From: Eledone cirrhosa
Taxonomy: Eukaryota
DNA length: 64,000 nt
Direction: 5' to 3'
Assembly: GCA_964016885.1 (NCBI GenBank)
Contig: CAXHJY010000001.1
Span: 186,001 to 250,000, forward strand
Part shown: in pieces, positions 1 through 15,506 of the stretch
How the letters are laid out: every line of letters begins with the position of its first letter
Numbering within the stretch: position 1 is the first letter of the stretch
Made by a program: the position numbers and the translations under genes
Notes under the pieces: generated by a model
Seen by the model: only the letters and a program-made list of their open reading frames with translations
Databases searched by the model: none
Told to the model about the DNA's origin: nothing

Positions 1-3000
1 TCACCCATGTCTCACTACCATAACATAACCTCCATATTCATCACCCATGTCTCACTACCATAACATATTCTCCACATTCATCACCCATGTCTCACTACCA
101 TAACATATCCTCTGCATTCATCATACATGTCACACTACCATGTAATATATCCTCCACATTCATCACCCATGTCACACTACCATGTAACATAACCTCCACA
201 TTCATCACCCATGTCTCACTACCATGTAACATAACCTCCACATTCATCACCCATGTCTCACTACCATAACATATCCTCCAAATTCATCACCCATGTCTCA
301 CTACCATAACATAACCTCCACATTCATCACCCATGTCTCACTACCATAACATATCCTCTACATTCATCATACATGTTACACTACCATGTAACATATCCTC
401 CACATTCATCACCCATGACTCACTACCATAACATATCCTCCACATTCATCACCCATCTCACACTACCATGTAACATATCCTCTACATTCATCACCCATAT
501 CTCACTACCATGTCTCACTACCAGAACATATCTTCCACATTCATCACCCATGTCACACTACCATAACATATCCTCTACATTCATCACCCATATCTCACTA
601 CCATGTAACATATCCTCCACATTCATCACCCATGTCACACTACCATGTAACATATCCTCCACATTCATCACCCATGTCTCACTCCCATAACAATATCCTC
701 CACATTCATCACCCATGTCTCACTAACTTAACATATCCTCCACATTCATAACCCATGTCTCACTACCATAACATATCCTCCACATTCATCACCCATGTCA
801 CACTACCATGTAACATATCCTCCACATTCATCACCTATGTCTCACAAAATTAACATATCCTCCACATTCATCACCCATGTCTCACTACCATAACATATCC
901 TCCACATTCATCACCCATGTCTCACTACCATGTAACATAACCTCCACATTCATCATCCATATCACATTACAATGTAACGTAACCTCCACATTCATCACCC
1001 ATATCTCACTACCATAACATATCCTCCACATTCATCACCAATGTCTCACTACCATGTAACATATCCTCCACATTAATCACCCATGTCACACTACCGTGTA
1101 ACATAACCTCCACATTAATCACCTATGTCTCACTACCATGTAACATAACCTCCACATTCATCACCCCTGTCTCACTACCATGTAACATAACCTCCACATT
1201 CATCACCCATGTCTCACTACCATGTAACATAACCTCCACATTCATCACCCATGTCTCACTACCATAACATATCCTCCACATTCATCGCCTATGTCACACT
1301 ACCATGTAACATATCCTCCACATTCATCACCCATGTCACATTACCATGTAACATAACCTCCACATTCATCACCCATGTCTCACTACCATAACATAACCTC
1401 CACATTCATCACCCATGTCTCACTACCATAACATATCCTCTACATTCATCATACATGTTACACTACCATGTAACATATCCTCTACATTAATTACCCATGT
1501 CTCACTACCATAACATATCCTCCATATTCATCACCCACGTCTCACTACAATAACATATCCTCTACATTCATCACCCATGTCACACTACCATGTAACAACC
1601 TACACATTCATCTCCCATGTAACATAACGTCCACATTCATCACCCATGACTCACTACCATAACATATCCTCCACATTCATCACCCATGCCACACTATCAT
1701 GTAACATAACCTCTACATTCATCTCCCATGTCACACTACCATGTAACACAACCTCCACATTCATCACCCATGTCTCACTACCATAGCATATCCTCCACAT
1801 TCATCACCCATGTCACACTACCATGTAACATAACCTCTACATTCATCTCCCATGTCTCACTACCATGTAACATAACCTACAAATTCATCCCCATATCTCG
1901 CTACCATAACATAACCTCCACATTCATCACCCATGTCTCACTACCATAACATATCCTCCACATTCATCACCTATGTCTAACTACCATAACATATCCTCCA
2001 CATTAATCACCATATCTCACTACCATGTCTCACTACCATAACATATCCTCCACATTCATCACCCATGTCACACTACCATGTAACATAACCCCCACATTCA
2101 TCATCCATGTCACACTACCATGGAACGTAACCTGCACATTCATCACCGATGTCTAACTACCATAACATAACCTTAACATTCACCACCCATGTCTCACTAC
2201 CTTAACATTTCCTCCAAATTCATCACCCGTGTCACACTACCATGTAACAACCTCCACATTCATCTCCCATGTCTCACTACCATGTAACATAACCTCCACA
2301 TTCATCACCCATGTGTCACTACCATGTAACATAACCTCCACATTCATCACCCATGTCTCACTACCATAACATAACCTCCACATTCATCACCCATGTCTCA
2401 CTACCATAACATATCCTCTGCATTCATCATACATGTCACACTACCATGTAATATATCCTCCACATTAATCACCCATGTCACACTACCATGTAACATAACC
2501 TCCACATTAATCACCCATGTCTCACTACTATGTAACATAACCTCCACATTCATCACCCCTGTCTCACTACCATGTAACATAACCTCCACATTCATCACCC
2601 ATGTCTCACTACCATAACATAACCTCCACATTCATCACCCATGTCGCACTATCATGTAACATATCCTCCACATTCATCACCCATGTCTCACTACCATGTA
2701 ACATAACCTCCACATTCATCACCCCTGTCTCACTACCATGTAACATAATCTCCACATTCATCACCCATGTCTCACTACCATGTAACATAACCTCCACATT
2801 CATCACCCATGTCTCACTACCATAACATATCCTCCACATTCATCACCCATGTCACACCACCATGTAATAACCTCCACATTCATCTCCCATGTAACATAAC
2901 CTCTACATTCATCTCCCATGTCTCACTACCATGTAACATAACCTCCACATTCATCACCCATGTCTCACTACCATACGATATCCTCCACATTCATCACCAA

Positions 3001-3559
3001 TGTCTCACTACCATGTAACATATCCTCCACATTAATCACCCATGTCACACTACCATGTAACATAACCTCCACATTAATCACCCATGTCACACTACCATGT
3101 AACATAAACTCCATATTCATCACCCATGACTCACTACCAGAACATATCCTGCACATTCATCACCCATGTCTCACTACTATAACATATCCTCCACGTTTAT
3201 CACCCATGTCACACTACCATGTAACATAACCTCCACATTCATCACCCATGTCTCACTACCATAACATATCCTCCACATTCATAAACCCATGTCTCACTAC
3301 CATAACATATCCTCCACATTCATAAACCCATGTCTCACTACCATAAAATATCCTCCACATTCATCACCCATGCCACACTATCATGTAACATGACCTCTAC
3401 ATTCATCTCCCATGTCACACTACCATGTAACATAACCTCCACATTCATCACCCATGTCTCACTACCATAGCATATCCTCCACATTCATCACCCCTGTCAC
3501 ACTACCATGTAACATAACCTACAAATTCATCCCCATGTCTCACTACCATAACATAACCT

Positions 3560-4300
3560 CCACATTCATCAACCATGACACACTACAATGTAACATATCC
3601 TCTACATTAATCACCCATGTCTCACTACCATAACATATCCTCCATATTCATCACCTATGTCACACTACCATGTAATTTATCCTCCACATTCATCACCCAT
3701 GTCACACTACCATGTAACATAACCTCCACATTCATCACCCCTGTCTCACTACAATGTAACATAACCTCCACATTCATCACCCATGTCTCACTACCATGTA
3801 ACATATCCTCCACATTCATCACCCATGTCTCACTTCCATACCATATTCTCCACATTCATCACCCATGTCTCACTACCATGTAACATCTCCTCCACATTCA
3901 TCAACCATGTCTCACTACCATAACATAACCTCCACATTCATCACCAATGTCTCACTACCATAACATATCCTCCACATTCATCACCAATGTCTCACTACCA
4001 TAACATATCCTCTACATTCATCATACATGACACACTACAATGTAACATATCGTCTACATTAATCACCCATGTCTCACTACCATAACATATCCTCCATATT
4101 CATCTCCTATGTCACACTACCATGTAATTTATCCTCCACATTCATCACCCATGTCACACTACCATGTAACATAACCTCCACATTCATCACCCCTGTCTCA
4201 CTACCATGTAACATAACCTCCACATTCCTCACCCATGTCTCACTACCATGTAACATAACCTCCACATTCACCACCCATGTCTCACTACCATAACATATCC
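3560..4300. repeat. Local ~452-bp duplicated block (diverged; ends approximate)
   Basis: Near-identical ORF translations at 3617 and 4069 (offset 452). The rare variants gacacactacaatg and gtaatttatcc occur in both copies. Confidence 0.7.
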
Positions 4301-5399
4301 TCCATATTCATCACCCATGTCACATTACCATGTAACATAATCTCCATATTCATCACCCATGTCTCACTACCATGTAACATAACCTCCACATTCATCAACC
4401 ATGTCTCACTACCATGTAACACAACCTCCACATTCATCCCCCCTGTCTCACTACCATGTAACATAACCTCCACATTCATCACCCATGTCTCACTACCATG
4501 TAACATAACCTCCACATTCATCACCCATGTCTCACTACCATAACATATCCTCCACATTCATCACCCATGTCTCACTACCATAACAAAACCTCCACATTCA
4601 TCACCCCTGTCTCACCAACATGTAACATAACCTCCACATTCATCACCTATGTCTCACTACCATAACATATCCTCTATATTCATCATACATGTCTCGTTAC
4701 CAGAACATATCCTCCACATTCATCACACATGTCTCACTACCAGAACATATCCTCCACATTCATCACCCATGTCTCACTACCATGTAACAACCTACACATT
4801 CATCACCCATGTCTCACTACAATAACATATCCTCCAAATTCATCACTCATGTCACACAACCATGTAACAACCTCCACATTCATCTCCCATGTCTCACTAC
4901 CATGTAACATAACCTCCACATTCATCACCCATGACTCACTACCATAACATATCCTCCACATTAATCACCCATGTCACACTACCATGTAACATATCCTCCA
5001 CATTCATCACCCATGTCTCACTACCATAACATAACCTCCACATTCATCACCCATGACTCACTACAATAACATATCCTCTACATTCATCACCCATGTCACA
5101 CTACCATGTAACAACCTCCACATTCATCTCCCATGTCTCACTACCATGTAACATAACCTCCACATTCATCACCCATGTCTCACTACCATAACATAACCTC
5201 CACATTCATCACCCATGTCGCACTATCATGTAACATATCCTCCACATTCATCACCCATGTCTCACTACCATGTAACATAACCTGCACATTCATCACCCCT
5301 GTCTCAATACCATGTAACATAACCTCCACATTCATCACCCATGTCTCACTACCATGTAACATAACCTCCACATTCATCACCCATGTCTCACTACCATAA

Positions 5400-7840
5400 C
5401 ATATCCTCCACATTCATCACCCATGTCACACTACCATGTAATAACCTCCACATTCATGTCCCATGTAACATAACCTCCACATTCATCACCCAAGTCTCAC
5501 TACCTTGTAACATAACCTCCATATTAATCACCTATGTCACACTACCATAGCATATCCTCCACTTTCATCACCCATGTCACAATACCATGTAACATAACCT
5601 CTACATTCATCTCCCATGTCTCACTACCATGTAACATAACCTCCACATTCATCACCCATGTCTCACTACCATACGATATCCTCCACATTCATCACCCATG
5701 TCACACTACCATGTAACATATCCTCCACATTCATCACCAATGTCTCACTACCATGTTAAATATCCTCCACATTAATCACCCATGTCACACTACCATGTAA
5801 CATAACCTCCATATTCATCACCCATGACTCACTACCAGAACATATCCTCCACATTCATCACCCATGTCTCACTACCATAACATATCCTCCACATTTATCA
5901 CCCATGTCACACTACCATGTAACATAACCTCCACATTCATCACCCATGTCTCACTACCATAACATATCCTCCACATTCATCACCCATGCCACACTATCAT
6001 GTAACATAACCTCTACATTCATCTCCCATGTCACACTACCATGTAACACAACCTCCACATTCATCACCCATGTCTCACTACCATAGTATATCCTCCACAT
6101 TCATCACCCATGTCACACTACCATGTAACATAACCTCTACATTCATCTCCCATGTCTCACTACCATGTAACATAACCTACAAATTCATCCCCATGTCTCG
6201 CTACCATAACATAACCTCCACATTCATCACCCATATCTCACTACCATAACATATCCTCCACATTCATCACCCATGTCTAACTACCATAACATATCCTCCA
6301 CATTAATCACCATATCTCACTACCATGCCTCACTACCATAACATATCCTCCACATTCATCACCCATGTCACACTACCATGTAACATAACCTCCACATTCA
6401 TCATCCATGTCACACTACCATGGAACGTAACCTGCACATTCATCACCGATGTATAACTACGATAACATAACCTTAACATTCACCACCCATGTCTCACTAC
6501 CATAACATTTCCTCCAAATTCATCACCCATGTCACACTACCATGTAACAACCTCCACATTCATCTCCCATGTCTCACTACCATGTAACATAACCTCCACA
6601 TTCATCACCCATGTCTCACTACCATAACATATCCTCCACATTCATCACCCATTTCACACTACCGTGTAATAACCTCCACATTCATGTCCCATGTAACAAA
6701 AACTCCACATTCATCACCCAAGTCTCACTACCTTGTAACATAACCTCCATATTAATCACCTATGTCACACTACCATAGCATATCCTCCACTTTCCTCACC
6801 CATGTCACAATACCATGTAACATAACCTCTACATTCATCTCCCATGTCTCACTACCATGTAACATAACCTCCACATTCATCACCCATGTCTCACTACCAT
6901 ACGATATCCTCCACATTCATCACCCATGTCACACTACCATGTAACATATCCTCCACATTCATCACCAATGTCTCACTACCATGTAACATATCCTCCACAT
7001 TAATCACCCATGTCACACTACCATGTAACATAACCTCCATATTCATCACCCATGACTCACTACCAGAACATATCCTCCACATTCATCACCCAAGTCTCAC
7101 TACCATAACATATCCTCCACATTTATCACCCATGTCACATAACCTCCACATTCATCACCCATGTCTCACTACCATAACATATCCTCCACATTCATCACCC
7201 ATGCCACACTATCATGTAACATAACCTCTACATTCATCTCCCATGTCACACTACCATGTAACACAACCTCCACATTCATCACCCATGTCTCACTACCATA
7301 GCATATCCTCCACATTCATCACCCATGTCACACTACCATGTAACATAACCTCTACATTCATCTCCCATGTCTCACTACCATGTAACATAACCTACAAATT
7401 CATCCCCATGTCTCGCTACCATAACATAACCTCCACATTCATCACCCATGTCTCACTACCATAACATATCCTCCACATTCATCACCCATGTCTAACTACC
7501 ATAACATATCCTCCACATTAATCACCATATCTCACTACCATGTCTCACTACCATAACATATCCTCCACATTCATCACCCATGTCACACTACCATGTAACA
7601 TAACCCCCACATTCATCATCCATGTCACACTACCATGGAACGTAACCTCCACATTCCTAACCGATGTCTAACTACCATAACATAACCTTAACATTCACCA
7701 CCCATGTCTCACTACCATAACATTTCCTCCAAATTCATCACCCATGTCACACTACCATGTAACAACCTCCACATTCATCTCCCATGTCTCACTACCATGT
7801 AACATAACCTCCACATTCATCACCCATGTCTCACTACCAT
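5400..7840. repeat. ~1.22-kb tandem higher-order duplication (about 5400-6627 and 6628-7840)
   Basis: Diagnostic variants (cattcatgtccc, cccaagtctcactaccttg, catagcatatcctccacttt, catacgatatcc) recur at offset 1228. The offset drops to 1215 after a 13-bp deletion near 7135 (ORF pairs 5534/6762 and 6028/7243). Confidence 0.85.
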
Positions 7841-8028
7841 ACGATATCCTCCACATTCATCACCCATGTCACAATACCATGTAAAATATCCTCCACATTA
7901 ATCACCCATGTCTCACTACCATAACATAACCTCTACATTAATCACCCATGTCTCACTACCATAACATATCCTCCACATTAATCACCCATGTCTCACTACC
8001 GTGTAACATAACCTCCACATTTATCATC

Positions 8029-11000
8029 CATGTCACACTACCATGTAACGTAACCTCCACATTCATCACACATGTCTCACTACCATAACATATCCTCCAC
8101 ATTCATCACCCATGTCTCACTACCATGTAACATAACCTCCACATTCATGACCCGTGTCTCATACCAGAACATATCCCCCACATTCATCACCAATGTCTCA
8201 CTACCATGTAACATAACCTCCACATTCAGCACCCATGTCTCATACCAGAACATATCCTCCACATTCATCACCCATGTCACACTACCATGTAACATAATCT
8301 CCACATTCATCAACCATGTCTCATACCAGAACATATCCCCCACATTCATTACCCATGTCTCACTGCCATAACATAACCTCCACATTCATCACCCCTGTCA
8401 CACTACCATGTAACATATCCTCCACATTCATCACCCATATCACATAACCTCCACATTCATCACCCATGTTACACTAACATGACATATCCTGCACATTCAT
8501 CAACCATGTCTCACTACTATGTAACATAACCTCCACATTCATCACCCATGTCTCACTACCATGTAACATAACCTCCACATTCATCACCCATGTGTCACTA
8601 CCATGTAACATAACCTCCACATTCATCACCCATGTCTCACTACCATAACATAACCTCCACATTCATCACCCATGTCTCACTACCATAACATATCCTCTGC
8701 ATTCATCATACATGTCACACTACCATGTAATATATCCTCCACATTAATCACCCATGTCACACTACCATGTAACATAACCTCCACATTAATCACCCATGTC
8801 TCACTACTATGTAACATAACCTCCACATTCATCACCCCTGTCTCACTACCATGTAACATAACCTCCACATTCATCACCCATGTCTCACTACCATAACATA
8901 ACCTCCACATTCATCACCCATGTCTCACTACCATAACATATCCTCCACATTCATCACCCATGTCTCACTACCATAACATATCCTCTGCATTCATCATACA
9001 TGTCACACTACCATGTAATAAATCCTCCACATTCATCACCCATGTCACACTACCATGTAACATAACCTCCACATTCATCACCCATGTCTCACTACCATAA
9101 CATATCCTCTCCATTCATCATACATGTTACACTACCATGTAACATATCCTCCACATTCATCACCCATGACTCTCTACCATAACATATCCTCCACATTCAT
9201 CACCCATCTCACACTACCATGTAACATATCCTCTACATTCATCACCCATATCTCACTACCATGTCTCACTACCAGAACATATCTTCCACATTCATCACCC
9301 ATATCACACTACCATAACATATCCTCTACATTCATCACCCATATCTCACTACCATGTAACATATCCTCCACATTCATCACCCATGTCACACTACCATGTA
9401 ACATATCCTCCACATTCATCACCCATGTCTCACTCCCATAACAATATCCTCCACATTCATCACCCATGTCTCACTAACTTAACATATCCTCCACATTCAT
9501 AACCCATGTCTCACTACCATAACATATCCTCCACATTCATCACCCATGTCACACTACCATGTAACATATCCTCCACATTCATCACCTTTGTCTCACAAAA
9601 TTAACATATCCTCCACATTCATCACCCATGTCTCACTACCATAACATATCCTCCACATTCATCACCCATGTCTCACTACCATGTAACATAACCTCCACAT
9701 TCATCATCCATATCACATTACCATGTAACGTAACCTCCACATTCATCACCCATATCTCACTACCATAACATATCCTCCACATTCATCACCAATGTCTCAC
9801 TACCATGTAACATATCCTCCACATTAATCACCCATGTCACACTACCATGTAACATAACCTCCGCATTAATCACCTATGTCTCACTACCATGTAACATAAC
9901 CTCCACATTCATCACCCCTGTCTCACTACCATGTAACATAACCTCCACATTCATCACCCATGTCTCACTACCATGTAACATAACCTCCACATTCATCACC
10001 CATGTCTCACTACCATAACATATCCTCCACATTCATCACCTATGTCACACTACCATGTAACATATCCTCCACATTCATCACCCATGTCACATTACCATGT
10101 AACATAACCTCCACATTCATCACCCATGTCTCACTACCATAACATAACCTCCACATTCATCACCCATGTCTCACTACCATAACATATCCTCTACATTCAT
10201 CATACATGTTACACTACCATGTAACATATCCTCTACATTAATCACCCATGTCTCACTACCATAACATATCCTCCATATTCATCACCCACGTCTCACTACA
10301 ATAACATATCCTCTACATTCATCGCCCATGTCACACTACCATGTAACAACCTACACATTCATCTCCCATGTAACATAACGTCCACATTCATCACCCATGA
10401 CTCACTACCATAACATATCCTCCACATTCATCACCCATGTCACACTACCATGTAACATATCCTCCACATTCATCACCCATGTCTCACTACCATAACATAT
10501 CCTCCACATTAATCTCCATATCTACACATTCATCATCCATGCCACACTACCATGTAACATATCCTCCACATTCATCACCCATATCTCACTACCATGTCTC
10601 ACTACCAGAACATATCCTCCACATTCGTCACCCATGTCACACTAGCATGTAACATAACCTCCACATTCATCACCCATGTCTAACTACCATAACATATCCT
10701 CCACATTCATCACCCATGTCTCACTACCATGTAACATAACCTCCACATTCATCACCCATGACTCACTACCATGTAATATATCCTCCACATTCATCACCCA
10801 TGTCACACTACCATGTAACATATCCTCAACATTCATCACCCATGTCTCACTACCATAACATAACCTCCACATTCATCACCCATGTCACACTACCGTGTAA
10901 GATCTCCTCCACATTCATCACCTATGTCACACTACCATGTAATATATCCTCCACATTCATCACCCATATCTCACTACCATGTAACATATCCTCCACATTC

Positions 11001-14000
11001 ATCACCCATGTCACACTACCATGTCACATAACCTCCACATTCATCACCCATGTCTCACTACCATAACATATCCTTCACATTCATCACCCATGTCTCACTA
11101 CCATAACATAGCCTCCACATTCATCACCATGTCTCACTACCATAACATAACCTCCACATTCATCACCCATGTCTCACTACCATAACATATCCTTCACATT
11201 CATCACCCATGCCTCACTACCATAACATAACCTCCACATTCATCACCCATGTCACACTACCATAACATATCTCCACATTCATCACCCATGTCACACTACC
11301 ATGTAACATATCCTTCACATTCATCACCCATGTCACACTACCATGTAACATATCCTCCACATTCATCACCCATGTCACACTACCATGTAACATATCCTCC
11401 ACATTCATCACCTATGTCACACTACCATGTAATATATCCTCCACATTCATCACCCATGTCTCACTAACATGTAACATATCCTCCACATTCATCACCCATG
11501 TCACACTACTATGTAACATATCCTCCACATTCATCACCTATGTCTCACTAACATAACATAACCTCCACATTCATCACCCATGTCACACTACCGTGTAACA
11601 TATCCTCCACATTCATCACCTATGTCACACTACCATGTAATATATCCTCCACATTCATCACCCATGTCTCACTACCATGTAACATATCCTCCACATTCAT
11701 CACCCATGTCACACTACCATGTAACATATCTACACATTCATCACCCATGTCACATTCCCATATCACATAACCTCCACATTCATCACCCATGTCACACTAC
11801 CATGTAACGTAACCTCCACATTCATCACACATGTCTCACTACCATAACATATCCTCCACATTCATCACCCATGTCTCACTACCATGTAACATAACCTCCA
11901 CATTCATGACCCGTGTCTCATACCAGAACATATCCCCCACATTCATCACCAATGTCTCACTACCATGTAACATAACCTCCACATTCAGCACCCATGTCTC
12001 ATACCAGAACATATCCTCCACATTCATCACCCATGTCACACTACCATGTAACATAATCTCCACATTCATCAACCATGTCTCATACCAGAACATATCCCCC
12101 ACATTCATTACCCATGTCTCACTGCCATAACATAACCTCCACATTCATCACCCCTGTCACACTACCATGTAACATATCCTCCACATTCATCACCCATATC
12201 ACATAACCTCCACATTCATCACCCATGTTACACTAACATGACATATCCTGCACATTCATCAACCATGTCTCACTACTATGTAACATAACCTCCACATTCA
12301 TCACCCATGTCTCACTACCATGTAACATAACCTCCACATTCATCACCCATGTGTCACTACCATGTAACATAACCTCCACATTCATCACCCATGTCTCACT
12401 ACCATAACATAACCTCCACATTCATCACCCATGTCTCACTACCATAACATATCCTCTGCATTCATCATACATGTCACACTACCATGTAATATATCCTCCA
12501 CATTAATCACCCATGTCACACTACCATGTAACATAACCTCCACATTAATCACCCATGTCTCACTACTATGTAACATAACCTCCACATTCATCACCCCTGT
12601 CTCACTACCATGTAACATAACCTCCACATTCATCACCCATGTCTCACTACCATAACATAACCTCCACATTCATCACCCATGTCTCACTACCATAACATAT
12701 CCTCCACATTCATCACCCATGTCTCACTACCATAACATATCCTCTGCATTCATCATACATGTCACACTACCATGTAATAAATCCTCCACATTCATCACCC
12801 ATGTCACACTACCATGTAACATAACCTCCACATTCATCACCCATGTCTCACTACCATAACATATCCTCTCCATTCATCATACATGTTACACTACCATGTA
12901 ACATATCCTCCACATTCATCACCCATCTCACACTACCATGTAACATATCCTCTACATTCATCACCCATATCTCACTACCATGTCTCACTACCAGAACATA
13001 TCTTCCACATTCATCACCCATATCACACTACCATAACATATCCTCTACATTCATCACCCATATCTCACTACCATGTAACATATCCTCCACATTCATCACC
13101 CATGTCACACTACCATGTAACATATCCTCCACATTCATCACCCATGTCTCACTCCCATAACAATATCCTCCACATTCATCACCCATGTCTCACTAACTTA
13201 ACATATCCTCCACATTCATAACCCATGTCTCACTACCATAACATATCCTCCACATTCATCACCCATGTCACACTACCATGTAACATATCCTCCACATTCA
13301 TCACCTTTGTCTCACAAAATTAACATATCCTCCACATTCATCACCCATGTCTCACTACCATAACATATCCTCCACATTCATCACCCATGTCTCACTACCA
13401 TGTAACATAACCTCCACATTCATCATCCATATCACATTACCATGTAACGTAACCTCCACATTCATCACCCATATCTCACTACCATAACATATCCTCCACA
13501 TTCATCACCAATGTCTCACTACCATGTAACATATCCTCCACATTAATCACCCATGTCACACTACCATGTAACATAACCTCCGCATTAATCACCTATGTCT
13601 CACTACCATGTAACATAACCTCCACATTCATCACCCCTGTCTCACTACCATGTAACATAACCTCCACATTCATCACCCATGTCTCACTACCATGTAACAT
13701 AACCTCCACATTCATCACCCATGTCTCACTACCATAACATATCCTCCACATTCATCACCTATGTCACACTACCATGTAACATATCCTCCACATTCATCAC
13801 CCATGTCACATTACCATGTAACATAACCTCCACATTCATCACCCATGTCTCACTACCATAACATAACCTCCACATTCATCACCCATGTCTCACTACCATA
13901 ACATATCCTCTACATTCATCATACATGTTACACTACCATGTAACATATCCTCTACATTAATCACCCATGTCTCACTACCATAACATATCCTCCATATTCA

Positions 14001-15506
14001 TCACCCACGTCTCACTACAATAACATATCCTCTACATTCATCACCCATGTCACACTACCATGTAACAACCTACACATTCATCTCCCATGTAACATAACGT
14101 CCACATTCATCACCCATGACTCACTACCATAACATATCCTCCACATTCATCACCCATGTCACACTACCATGTAACATATCCTCCACATTCATCACCCATG
14201 TCTCACTACCATAACATATCCTCCACATTAATCTCCATATCTACACATTCATCATCCATGCCACACTACCATGTAACATATCCTCCACATTCATCACCCA
14301 TATCTCACTACCATGTCTCACTACCAGAACATATCCTCCACATTCGTCACCCATGTCACACTAGCATGTAACATAACCTCCACATTCATCACCCATGTCT
14401 AACTACCATAACATATCCTCCACATTCATCACCCATGTCTCACTACCATGTAACATAACCTCCACATTCATCACCCATGACTCACTACCATGTAATATAT
14501 CCTCCACATTCATCACCCATGTCACACTACCATGTAACATATCCTCAACATTCATCACCCATGTCTCACTACCATAACATAACCTCCACATTCATCACCC
14601 ATGTCACACTACCGTGTAAGATCTCCTCCACATTCATCACCTATGTCACACTACCATGTAATATATCCTCCACATTCATCACCCATATCTCACTACCATG
14701 TAACATATCCTCCACATTCATCACCCATGTCACACTACCATGTCACATAACCTCCACATTCATCACCCATGTCTCACTACCATAACATATCCTTCACATT
14801 CATCACCCATGTCTCACTACCATAACATAGCCTCCACATTCATCACCATGTCTCACTACCATAACATAACCTCCACATTCATCACCCATGTCTCACTACC
14901 ATAACATATCCTTCACATTCATCACCCATGCCTCACTACCATAACATAACCTCCACATTCATCACCCATGTCACACTACCATAACATATCTCCACATTCA
15001 TCACCCATGTCACACTACCATGTAACATATCCTTCACATTCATCACCCATGTCACACTACCATGTAACATATCCTCCACATTCATCACCCATGTCACACT
15101 ACCATGTAACATATCCTCCACATTCATCACCTATGTCACACTACCATGTAATATATCCTCCACATTCATCACCCATGTCTCACTAACATGTAACATATCC
15201 TCCACATTCATCACCCATGTCACACTACTATGTAACATATCCTCCACATTCATCACCTATGTCTCACTAACATAACATAACCTCCACATTCATCACCCAT
15301 GTCACACTACCGTGTAACATATCCTCCACATTCATCACCTATGTCACACTACCATGTAATATATCCTCCACATTCATCACCCATGTCTCACTACCATGTA
15401 ACATATCCTCCACATTCATCACCCATGTCACACTACCATGTAACATATCTACACATTCATCACCCATGTCACATTCCCATATCACATAACCTCCACATTC
15501 ATCACC
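8029..15506. repeat. Near-perfect tandem duplication of ~3.74 kb (about 8029-11787 and 11788-15506)
   Basis: ORF pairs sit at offset 3759 (8072/11831, 8474/12233, 8672/12431) and then at 3719 (10437/14156, 10676/14395, 11580/15299), consistent with one 40-bp monomer missing from copy 2 near 12925. Confidence 0.93.

Noticed and set aside
3-30. p53-like response elements (CATG cores, ACCCATGTCT)
   Set aside because: The match to RRRCWWGYYY is partial because the 5' purines are missing. The second CATG box matches worse and is absent from 40-mers, so this is no more than a chance resemblance.
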